A DNA stretch of 35,228 nt from positions 1-35,228 of the IMG/VR virus record IMGVR_UViG_3300017913_002056; one strand, written 5' to 3'. The notes under the pieces were generated by a model that searched no databases, was not told where the DNA came from, and saw nothing but the letters and a program-made list of their open reading frames with translations. Every line of letters begins with the position of its first letter. Positions within the stretch are counted from its first letter, which is position 1. Made by a program: the position numbers and the translations under genes. Of the stretch, positions 1-8,134 are shown in pieces. The stretch comes from a virus (lineage: Duplodnaviria; Caudoviricetes).

Positions 1-420
1 CATACTAACCCATTCAGCACCACCCTTGAACCATTCCGCACAATGATCATAGTAGGCTAAATTCTCAAAATATCTGTTGTCGCTACCTGTGAAGCACTCG
101 AATATAGTATGTCCATACGGCATCAGTGTATCACGTGGCATTAGTGGATGGTTGGGAAAACCACAATGCATCCAGGGTAGCTGTATTTGTTCTTCACCAG
201 TAATTGTAAAAATGTTTTTAGGGCGTACAACTTCTACACCCAAATCAGTCAACAGTTTTTCTAATGTGGCAATGTCCTCGGCTGTCTCTTCAAAGATTTG
301 TCGCATAACACTGCGAGTTTCATCGTCCTTGTGCCAATCAAATGTTTCTGGTGGAAATGGTGCTCCAAGTACAACTCGCTTTAGCGGTTGAAACTCGCTC
401 CATACGTTTACTGGTTTCAT
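1..420 (-). CDS. Amidinotransferase family protein (glycine/inosamine-phosphate amidinotransferase-like), 3' end outside window
   Basis: Not in ORF track. Manual translation from ATG at 420 (AGAGGT SD upstream): MKPVNVWSEFQPLKRVVLG...IFEETAEDIATLEKLLTDLGVEVVRP...LMPRD..., matching the N-terminal pattern of amidinotransferases and of paralog 3156-4391. Confidence 0.85.
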   Translation of the reverse strand, partial: MKPVNVWSEFQPLKRVVLGAPFPPETFDWHKDDETRSVMRQIFEETAEDIATLEKLLTDLGVEVVRPKNIFTITGEEQIQLPWMHCGFPNHPLMPRDTLMPYGHTIFECFTGSDNRYFENLAYYDHCAEWFKGGAEWVSM

Positions 421-422
421 GT

Positions 423-767
423 TTACCTCTTTAAGTCTTTTCTGAAAAATTTAAACCCTGTAGAATGTCTGCCTTCCTCTAGGTGTTCTGGATTGCTGCA
501 GGCAGCCGCACAAGGTCTTAATGGTGTTTCTGTATTCCAAGTTTCTTCTACTCTGCGAAACTCATCACTACTATTTATTTCGTCCAAAGTCTTGCCAGAA
601 CTTAGATGTATATTCTTTACATCATCACCTAGAAATTTAGCTAACTGATCAAATGCCTGCTGACTACCAAAAAAGCAACACGGAATAACATATCCGTCAC
701 TTCGCAGACCAATTCCATTTCCTGGTTTATTTGGGTTGACATCTTTACATTTAGGATATATTTTCAA
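423..767 (-). CDS. Stand-alone SPASM/Twitch-like Fe-S domain protein
   Basis: YPKC...DGYVIPCCF...PCAAAC pattern. Probable start is TTG at 767 with GGAG 8 nt upstream (track starts at 776). Overlaps the 3' end of the radical SAM gene. Confidence 0.75.
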   Translation of the reverse strand: MKIYPKCKDVNPNKPGNGIGLRSDGYVIPCCFFGSQQAFDQLAKFLGDDVKNIHLSSGKTLDEINSSDEFRRVEETWNTETPLRPCAAACSNPEHLEEGRHSTGFKFFRKDLKR

Positions 768-1419
768 TAATTTCACTCCAGGGTACGCTTTTTAGTTTCA
801 TATGCTCCGGTGTTCTATCATCTCCAAGTATAGCCTGAAAATTGTTTACGCCCATTTCAATAGCAAGTTTTTTTGCTTCAGTAACCTGATGAAAGTTGTG
901 TTCAAATACAATGTATCTCCACATAATAGGTCCTACAAAATGTTCTCTTAGGGTACGAACTCCTGTCATAACACTATCCCACTTAGCATTCACACGATAA
1001 ATGTGATTTGTATCGCTCAAGCCATCAATTGCAAATTCAATTCTATCTTTGCTGCTGTTTAATAATGATGCGAAATTTATCCACCACTCTTGACTTCTAC
1101 CGCTACCATTAGTACTCATTAGCACCTTTGGCCTATTTTCAATTGTTTTTAGATATTCCAGTTGTTCAATAATTGTTGCACTGTATATTGGGTCACCCAA
1201 TGCCATGTTATACACAATGGTTTGAATTTTATTTTCTGGACGTACCAACAAGCGAAGGTTCTCAACAGACAAATCGCCAATTTCTAGTTTACGATCTTCA
1301 AGTCCTAACATATGTTTTGTTCTACTGCATCCAGGACACAATAGAGGGCAACGTGTGCCTGCTTCAACATTTACTTTACGTTTATGCTGAATAAAATTTT
1401 GGTTTAATCCCGGATACAT
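751..1419 (-). CDS. Radical SAM protein (core domain only)
   Basis: CPLLCPGC (CX3CX2C), GDP, STNG, IDG...YR motifs. Start trimmed to ATG 1419 because the longer ORF overlaps the divergent gene. Confidence 0.9.
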   Translation of the reverse strand: MYPGLNQNFIQHKRKVNVEAGTRCPLLCPGCSRTKHMLGLEDRKLEIGDLSVENLRLLVRPENKIQTIVYNMALGDPIYSATIIEQLEYLKTIENRPKVLMSTNGSGRSQEWWINFASLLNSSKDRIEFAIDGLSDTNHIYRVNAKWDSVMTGVRTLREHFVGPIMWRYIVFEHNFHQVTEAKKLAIEMGVNNFQAILGDDRTPEHMKLKSVPWSEIIENIS

Positions 1420-1431
1420 AAATATATTTAT
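1418..1431. promoter_or_regulatory. Palindromic bidirectional T4-late-like promoter (ATAAATA/TATTTAT)
   Basis: Perfect palindrome ATAAATATATTTAT in the only divergent intergenic region; resembles the T4 late TATAAATA box. Confidence 0.55.
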
Positions 1432-1453
1432 CTTAGTACATAATGGAGGTAAT

Positions 1454-2284
1454 ATGACTCGCATAGCTAAAGACATTATAGCAGGTGATGATTTTGTTGT
1501 CAATGTATTTGACGCTAACAAAGATAATATCTATGATAATGATGATTTGTATCGTGCTTTTGAAAGCGGATGGCCGGTTGTTATACAAAACTTGGTTATA
1601 CCACAATTAGATTACGATTATTATGACGACTTGCCAGATTGGACAATTAAAGATAACAAATGGATTATGCCCTGGTATAATAGCCATATCAAAAAACGTG
1701 ACCGTTTGCGTGAAGAACGTGGTTGGACGGAAGAACAAATTGACGTTTTTCATAAAAAACACAAACAAGCAAACAATGGTTGGAACGAACTTTTTGACAA
1801 GATGTTTCCTCGTTATAAGACAACTGAGCGTATGCTGAGCCACAGATACAATACACTTGTAGAAAACAAACTACACCTGGATGAATTGGATGAACAACAT
1901 ACTGGTATGGAACAACAGATTCGTATGTTTGTACAATTGGATAAAAAACGTCCACGTGTACTTACTTTTGGTCCTGACTTAGAGCAGATGTACAGAAAGT
2001 ATTATTGGGACTTTGATCTCAAGAGCTTGGACAAAAACGACATTCATTCTTTTATTACTGAAATGCGCAACCGTTGTGTGTGGAACGATAAAAAATGGGA
2101 TCAGTTTCACCATCCTCTACACTACATTACATTTAATCCTGGCGATGTCTGGTTTTTTAATGCACAATGGATCACACATCAGATTGTTTATGGAACGAAA
2201 CTACAATGTTTTGAAGCTGACATTTTGAATGACAGTTTACTACAACCAGAGCTGTGTATGGCGGAGAGAATTCGTGATCTTTGA
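1454..2284 (+). CDS. Kdo hydroxylase (KdoO)-like Fe(II)/2OG dioxygenase
   Basis: LHLD..., IRMFVQLD..RPRV, F.PGDVWFF....THQ..YG resemble KdoO family motifs; GGAGG SD. Confidence 0.65.
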   Translation: MTRIAKDIIAGDDFVVNVFDANKDNIYDNDDLYRAFESGWPVVIQNLVIPQLDYDYYDDLPDWTIKDNKWIMPWYNSHIKKRDRLREERGWTEEQIDVFHKKHKQANNGWNELFDKMFPRYKTTERMLSHRYNTLVENKLHLDELDEQHTGMEQQIRMFVQLDKKRPRVLTFGPDLEQMYRKYYWDFDLKSLDKNDIHSFITEMRNRCVWNDKKWDQFHHPLHYITFNPGDVWFFNAQWITHQIVYGTKLQCFEADILNDSLLQPELCMAERIRDL

Positions 2285-3161
2285 GAAGGAAAACTTTTTA
2301 CCTGCACAATTTCACAAACACATCAGTGAATATCCAGTTGAGTATATAAAACAATATTGCAGTGATCCAGATGTAAGCGAACATGAAAGTAGTTTATACG
2401 GCAACTATAGTGCGCCAGTAAGAGACAATGAACTACTGAATTGGGTCAGACAGCGTTGGTTGCCAGAACTTAAAATAATGTTTTTGGGTGCCGAGTTGGA
2501 ACATGATCACCATTATGTAAATTATCATATGGATGAGCCTGGTAGTTGGTTGGAAACACACAATGATTTAAAAAACTTTCGTTGGCTAATTACCAGCCAA
2601 GTATATCTAAACAAAAGTCAGGGTGCAATTGTAAATAATCATGAAATAAAATGTGATGTAAATTATTTTTACAGTATCAATGCTACACCATTTAGCTGGC
2701 ATTGGGTTCCAGAACTAATCAATCAAAAAAGAAGTATACTTTTCCGTGTAGGACAAAAACGTCACCGTACTGTGTTAAATTACAACCATGACGAACCTGC
2801 ATGGTTGATTGTTAACAATAATCACAGTGATAGACATTATGCAAAGATTGGTCCACGTATGGGCAACCTCACAGAAGCATGGCTTGTACACAAAGGCAAA
2901 CACAATATCTATCATACTGATTGGCGGGCACCGCATCAGGAAACATATGAAAAATTATTGGAACGCCACAGTGTAGTGAATGTAATACCCAGTGGAGAGT
3001 TTTTGGATTTAGGTACGGTAACTGTTACCGACGAAAATATAGACAGCATAGCACACGAAATTTTTAATCCAGCTCAGGGCATTATTAGTCAAACGGAAGC
3101 GGTTATGAAAGAACATTATCATAACCGCCTACATTTAAACTATCGTGGAATTAAATTATAA
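2274..3161 (+). CDS. 2OG-Fe(II) oxygenase-like domain plus unknown C-terminal domain
   Basis: GSWLETHND (HxD), SWHWV, RS motifs. Probable GTG start at 2274 with GGAG SD (track starts at 2229). Confidence 0.65.
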   Translation: MIFEKENFLPAQFHKHISEYPVEYIKQYCSDPDVSEHESSLYGNYSAPVRDNELLNWVRQRWLPELKIMFLGAELEHDHHYVNYHMDEPGSWLETHNDLKNFRWLITSQVYLNKSQGAIVNNHEIKCDVNYFYSINATPFSWHWVPELINQKRSILFRVGQKRHRTVLNYNHDEPAWLIVNNNHSDRHYAKIGPRMGNLTEAWLVHKGKHNIYHTDWRAPHQETYEKLLERHSVVNVIPSGEFLDLGTVTVTDENIDSIAHEIFNPAQGIISQTEAVMKEHYHNRLHLNYRGIKL

Positions 3162-4391
3162 TTCTCTGTTGTTGTCTCGTTCCGCTGCCGCAGCATCGTA
3201 AGGCTTACCAAAATCTAAACTTTGATCACCACGCTCTGGAAAATAATCCTTGCATTCGCCTTCTCTATACAAATCAACTGTATTACAGTGAATACCACCA
3301 TCCCAGAAATATCTATGACGCATTGGAGCAACAACAACTTCAATACCTTCTTTGGATAATTCTTCAGCAACATAGTCGTTATTTCCGCTAGTAACCACAG
3401 TTTTTTCGTCAATACTTAATGTATTGACATCAAAGTTGGTTTCAAAAGCATAACCTACATTTTCATTAAACCACAAATCAATAAATTCATTAAGTGCTGC
3501 GTTACCTTCTTCTCCAGCAACCCAGTATTTTTTATGCATAAATCCATTGTCATCAATGTAACGACTGTTGTTTTTTATGTCCCAAAATTTTTCGATATAA
3601 TCGTTTTGCGGTTTGGGTACCTTGATAACTTTCCAATCAGGATATGTTTCCTGATAATTGGTAACAGCAACACTGCTTAAAATTACTCCTGGCTTGGGGA
3701 TACTCATCAAACCATCACTATGCCTACCAAAACGAATTTTGTGCGCACGGAAATTATATCCAAACTTTTCGTTGTATTCGTGAATCCATCTATCACAAAA
3801 AGTTTTTCCTGCCGCACGTTGAATTTCAATATCAACACTGATATCTCTACCAGTTCTAACCATACAAGGGCCGTCCAATCGTGGCTTTTCATCCGGCTCC
3901 ATATCATAATGCCCCAAGAACCAAGGGTTGTTGTCAGCAAGATGTTCTGAACAACTGTCAATAAAATCATCACAGCCTGCCCAAGGTGCTTTATTTTTTA
4001 ATAATTTATCATCAACATCGCACCATCGGTTGTATAAATTGCCCGGGCGTCCCAGAACTAAATTTTCTCCCAATACAATAAATTCATCTCTAGGGCTCAT
4101 TCTGCATTTTGGAACTTCATGTTCGCTTTGCATGTACTCTAAAATGCTATTACATTCACGGTCACCACTAAACGTTTGTTCTGGAGTACGATATACTTGG
4201 ACGCCTCGTTCTTCCAAAATACGCTGCAAGTTGTCCAAGTCTTCGCGAGTTTCCTCATTGATACGATTCATTGCATCACGTACTTTTGGGTCTGGATGAT
4301 CCCAGAACCAGTTGTGCTTAAATGCACTTCCTACCATTGCTTTTTTGAGTGGATCCCAACTGTTAAAACTTTTAAATCCAAACTTAGCCAT
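3156..4391 (-). CDS. Amidinotransferase family protein
   Basis: NSWDPLK, PRD, LDG, HSDG and GGIHC motifs give the Asp-His-Cys triad of the guanidino-modifying (pentein) superfamily. Confidence 0.9.
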   Translation of the reverse strand: MAKFGFKSFNSWDPLKKAMVGSAFKHNWFWDHPDPKVRDAMNRINEETREDLDNLQRILEERGVQVYRTPEQTFSGDRECNSILEYMQSEHEVPKCRMSPRDEFIVLGENLVLGRPGNLYNRWCDVDDKLLKNKAPWAGCDDFIDSCSEHLADNNPWFLGHYDMEPDEKPRLDGPCMVRTGRDISVDIEIQRAAGKTFCDRWIHEYNEKFGYNFRAHKIRFGRHSDGLMSIPKPGVILSSVAVTNYQETYPDWKVIKVPKPQNDYIEKFWDIKNNSRYIDDNGFMHKKYWVAGEEGNAALNEFIDLWFNENVGYAFETNFDVNTLSIDEKTVVTSGNNDYVAEELSKEGIEVVVAPMRHRYFWDGGIHCNTVDLYREGECKDYFPERGDQSLDFGKPYDAAAAERDNNREL

Positions 4392-4497
4392 TTTCTTTCC
4401 CTTCGAGATTTTCTAAATAATCTTCTGCAATTGTCCTAAATCGAGTAATAAGCATTATCTGATCTGTCTCCATGCATATGACATACCATTTTGACAT
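4384..4497 (-). CDS. Small hypothetical protein (37 aa)
   Basis: Manual translation MSKWYVICMETDQIMLITRFRTIAEDYLENLEGKENG*; fills the gap and overlaps the next start codon; SD weak. Confidence 0.5.
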   Translation of the reverse strand: MSKWYVICMETDQIMLITRFRTIAEDYLENLEGKENG

Positions 4498-4516
4498 ACC
4501 TTTTGGGCTGTCTTTT

Positions 4517-5779
4517 TTAATTGTCTTGTAACTCATCCTTTATTCTCGCAAACTCTGGTGCTACATCCATGATGTTGTGTTTGCGGAACCTGTCATACTT
4601 TTCGGTTACGTCTACATATTGCTGCATAATTGCAGGATTGTACACATGATCTGGATCTTTACCAAAATTAATTATTTCCATTAATGGTTCTTCATAATCC
4701 TCTAGGTGAGGACTGTTACTAATACTATTTAAGAATTCCAGTATTTGACGTTCTTGTTCTTGACGCAACCACAATGGGCTGTGCGCCATACTATAGTAAT
4801 GAGGCTCAATTAATTGGTTTGTACTCATACCAATACCTCTGTCACTAGTCATTTGATAGTCGTGTAGCATGCGCCAGAAGTCTGCAATGTGCAGAGCATT
4901 TGTAATCTGGTTAACTGTTGTTACACGTACTTTAATTCTTTTACCTTGTTTGGTATTACTAAACTTGACAAGTTTGTCAAAATTCTTCCAAACAGATTCC
5001 CACTTGGAGGGTGGACGAAGATAGTCATTCATTTCGCCCATCCCCTCAAGTGAGCAGTTTACGATTACTTTCTCAAACTTACCTAACTGCTCAAGCCAAC
5101 GATCCTGCATATTGGTAATATTAGTGTAAAAAGAAAGTTCGATATGTTCGGCATGTCCGGTTTGTACGGCTTTATCCAGTAACTTGAACATGTCAGCTGC
5201 TACTGTTGGCTCTCCACCGATTAGTTTAATTTTACGTGCCCCCGCCAGCATTTCCTCGAAGCTCGTCCAGTCTATTCCAGGCTGAAGTAACGCTGCCTTC
5301 TTATCAGCAACCATGCCATGCCAATCAGGGTGATCTACTCCTAGTCCGTTTCCGATCATTGCTGCACGTTCCACACTCACAAGATGAGATGCTTCTTTGT
5401 TACACATTTGACACTGTAAATTGCATAAATTGCCAAGCCTGAAATCAAATTGTAGAGGCTGTTCAACCTCCCAATCGTTGACAGATGCGTCTGCCACCAC
5501 ATCGTCAATTACGTCTGCCCACTGCTCGTTTTCCCACTGTCTCGAGCTCACAATGTCATTACGTTCAAGATGCTGACATTCAACACATTCTGGTAGCCAC
5601 TCTCCGGCTGCCATACGGCGTCTAACATCTTTGATATAATCGTGATTCCATGTACCAGCAATACCCAGTGTATCTTGATCTACAAGTGTCTCGGGTTCAC
5701 GTGCCATACAACACAATCTATATCTTCCGCCATTGTAAGTACTATACTGTACAAACGGCAGTGCGCAAAATCCACTCAT
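4517..5779 (-). CDS. Radical SAM protein with N-terminal Twitch/SPASM-like domain
   Basis: FCALPF..RLCC..ECVEC followed by CNLQCQMC and GGEP. Confidence 0.92.
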   Translation of the reverse strand: MSGFCALPFVQYSTYNGGRYRLCCMAREPETLVDQDTLGIAGTWNHDYIKDVRRRMAAGEWLPECVECQHLERNDIVSSRQWENEQWADVIDDVVADASVNDWEVEQPLQFDFRLGNLCNLQCQMCNKEASHLVSVERAAMIGNGLGVDHPDWHGMVADKKAALLQPGIDWTSFEEMLAGARKIKLIGGEPTVAADMFKLLDKAVQTGHAEHIELSFYTNITNMQDRWLEQLGKFEKVIVNCSLEGMGEMNDYLRPPSKWESVWKNFDKLVKFSNTKQGKRIKVRVTTVNQITNALHIADFWRMLHDYQMTSDRGIGMSTNQLIEPHYYSMAHSPLWLRQEQERQILEFLNSISNSPHLEDYEEPLMEIINFGKDPDHVYNPAIMQQYVDVTEKYDRFRKHNIMDVAPEFARIKDELQDN

Positions 5780-5780
5780 T

Positions 5781-6338
5781 TTAATTTCCGTATAATCCTG
5801 TCACTGTGTCGATAAACATCTGGGCGCCTTGTGCTTGATTAGCTTGCCATTCTTCTGGTGCCTTTTCATCAGCAAAGTCGCTGCCATATTTTAACATCAC
5901 ACATGGCTTATTAAATTTTGATGCAATCTTAGCAATTGCGTAACCTTCCATGTCAACCAGTCCACTTGTTAATTCTGGCGGGCTTGTAACAAAGTTGTCT
6001 CCAGTACTTAGTACTGCTGTTCCAGCATCGTCAAATTCCAGATCTCCTCGCAGATCTCCTTCTTCAAACGGTGTTACTCCAAGCTCTGCTTGTGGACGAG
6101 CATCCATGTCACGCTGTCTTACTGTTTTTACACGATGCAGTTTTCCTGCTAACTCAGCATCCAGTACACCGGCTGTGCCATAATTAACAATTGCTTCACA
6201 GTCAGTTTGTATGGCAGCCATTGTTGCATACATTGCTGCATTTACTTTGCCAACTCCGGTAAACCATACTTTATATTTTTCTTCATTTAGCGAGTGCTCT
6301 GGTAACTCGCCAGGCAATGCTACTAATACATAAATCAT
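5781..6338 (-). CDS. mtnN: 5'-methylthioadenosine/S-adenosylhomocysteine nucleosidase family (PNP/UDP superfamily)
   Basis: GVGKVNAA, NYGTAG, STGDNF, VDMEGYA, SDFAD motifs. Confidence 0.88.
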   Translation of the reverse strand: MIYVLVALPGELPEHSLNEEKYKVWFTGVGKVNAAMYATMAAIQTDCEAIVNYGTAGVLDAELAGKLHRVKTVRQRDMDARPQAELGVTPFEEGDLRGDLEFDDAGTAVLSTGDNFVTSPPELTSGLVDMEGYAIAKIASKFNKPCVMLKYGSDFADEKAPEEWQANQAQGAQMFIDTVTGLYGN

Positions 6339-7150
6339 ATTAAACCTAATTCCTTTTCTAATATTGGTGTCGCATAATCGCTAATTATTTTACACCCTTT
6401 TGCGTTGTAATGCAAACAACCACATTGTATATCTTGTTTTATGGAATGTTCTTTTTCGCCAGTTAAGGCTTCAAACCCATTCCATAATTCTGTAATACCG
6501 TACTCTTGCTTAAATTTATTATACAAAAACTTTTTATCATCATCCATAAATGTGTCTTGACTAAAGCTCATAAATTTAACGTTGTGACTAATTAACTCTA
6601 GTACATTGGCAATGGCATAATTAACTGAAATTGTATCTACTAAACTCAAGTCATTACTGATGTAATCACCGTACCACTCTTTCCATTTGGCATTGTCTTC
6701 TCTACAGAATCCAAATGGAACAAAAAAATCAGCAGGTTTTAGATATCCAGCATGTGGCCAAGCATCTAACCATAATTTAAGTCTGTTTTCCCAGGTGTCA
6801 GTGAATCCCCAATCTGCCCAGTCTGGTTGACTGGCACTTGGTGGATGACGACCTTCTATTAGTGCGGCATCAAATCGTTGTTCGGGATACTGATGTATGT
6901 AATTTAAAATTACCCAATACTGCTGTGCTGGTGATGCACCTGGTGTTGCCAGTGTAGTAATTTCGTAATTTTCCAATAGTCCCTGATACCATCTGTCTTT
7001 TTCTTCTAGCCAGTCTTGATATACTATATCTATGTCTTCTTTTTCAAGTGGTTTGCGTTTTTTCTTGTGCGAGTAATAATGTTCAAGAGCATGTTTATTT
7101 TGACATGCTCCTGCTGTATGACTTGTACCTACAATTAATATCTTTTTCAT
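6335..7150 (-). CDS. SGNH/GDSL-like hydrolase or acyltransferase
   Basis: ILIVGTSHTAG nucleophile block, PGAS block II, C-terminal CGCLHYN..G. Confidence 0.6.
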   Translation of the reverse strand: MKKILIVGTSHTAGACQNKHALEHYYSHKKKRKPLEKEDIDIVYQDWLEEKDRWYQGLLENYEITTLATPGASPAQQYWVILNYIHQYPEQRFDAALIEGRHPPSASQPDWADWGFTDTWENRLKLWLDAWPHAGYLKPADFFVPFGFCREDNAKWKEWYGDYISNDLSLVDTISVNYAIANVLELISHNVKFMSFSQDTFMDDDKKFLYNKFKQEYGITELWNGFEALTGEKEHSIKQDIQCGCLHYNAKGCKIISDYATPILEKELGLI

Positions 7151-7986
7151 AACAAGCCCAACTTTTCTTCCAACAGCGGAGTGATGTATTCTGATATAAT
7201 AGCATTGCCTTCAGCATTTGCGTGTCCACACGGACATCTATAATCATCTTGATCTTTGTCTGTAGCCTGATAAGTTTGTATTGCATAACTGGGCCAGATG
7301 GCATCAATACCCCACTGTTTTTTCAAAGGCCACATTAAATAACGTTGTGACATTTCAGTAGCATGCCAAGATGTATAGCTAATAAATGCAACCTTGTCTG
7401 CAATAGACTCCAATACCTTACATGTGGCAATACATGAGCTAACTACTTCAACAATACCCAAATCGCTCAGTATATAATGTTCATACCAATCTTGATAAGA
7501 TTCTAAACTATCTTTTCTAGCTTTTGACAAAAACTCTTTGCGAAATTCTCCCAGTGATTCGAAATCAACAATTGGATATTCTGCTGTCCAATGATGGAGA
7601 TCATCAACTTCTTTTGTCCAATTTCCGCCTCGCTGTGGTACAGCTACACTAGCAGGCATCGGCAATCTGCCTTCAAGAATTGCTGCATCAAATTTCAAGT
7701 CCGGATTCTTTTCTAACCATTTGTTTAGATAATAATACTGCTCTTGAGCACTGGTTCCTGAATTACAAAAGGTAGTTACATTATACTTTTTATTAATACC
7801 TTGCCACCATCTTTGATCTGGTGTAAGGTGATTACGCTTCCAGTATTTCATCTTTTCAATATATTCATCTATACCCGACTGTGTTTCAAACTGACCTTGT
7901 TTCTTAACTGGAATGTCAGCTGGGTCTGCACAGTCACCTGCTGTGTGGCTTGTACCTACGATTAATATATTTTTTTTAGAAGTCAT
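7147..7986 (-). CDS. SGNH/GDSL-like hydrolase or acyltransferase (tandem paralog)
   Basis: ILIVGTSHTAG, FDAAILEGR, CPCGHAN..G; C-terminus ITPLLEEKLGL mirrors the neighbour. Confidence 0.6.
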   Translation of the reverse strand: MTSKKNILIVGTSHTAGDCADPADIPVKKQGQFETQSGIDEYIEKMKYWKRNHLTPDQRWWQGINKKYNVTTFCNSGTSAQEQYYYLNKWLEKNPDLKFDAAILEGRLPMPASVAVPQRGGNWTKEVDDLHHWTAEYPIVDFESLGEFRKEFLSKARKDSLESYQDWYEHYILSDLGIVEVVSSCIATCKVLESIADKVAFISYTSWHATEMSQRYLMWPLKKQWGIDAIWPSYAIQTYQATDKDQDDYRCPCGHANAEGNAIISEYITPLLEEKLGLL

Positions 7987-8134
7987 TCTCTATTCCATTA
8001 ATAGTATAAGTCTTACCATTGAACCCCTGGTTCATCTTTTCAACATCAGACATTTGTTCGCTGTCTTTTCTTATACGAACATCAAACTCTTGGGAATCAG
8101 TTTTTTTCTTCAATAAGCGTGTTAGCCATGTCAT
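7976..8134 (-). CDS. Small hypothetical protein
   Basis: Fills the gap between aox and the SGNH gene; probable start MTWL at 8134 (track starts at 8161). Confidence 0.55.
   Translation of the reverse strand: MTWLTRLLKKKTDSQEFDVRIRKDSEQMSDVEKMNQGFNGKTYTINGIENDF

Noticed and set aside
77-648. Plus-strand ORFs 77-391 and 388-648
   Set aside because: Antisense shadows of the amidinotransferase and SPASM genes; no motifs or SD.
751-776. Programmed frameshift or sequencing error joining radical SAM and SPASM ORFs
   Set aside because: No clear slippery heptamer, and both copies have an SD plus TTG at the equivalent position, so re-initiation is more parsimonious. Not formally excluded.
1420-1521. 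N-terminal extension of radical SAM ORF 751-1521
   Set aside because: Overlaps the divergent plus-strand gene; ATG at 1419 gives a length matching the paralog.
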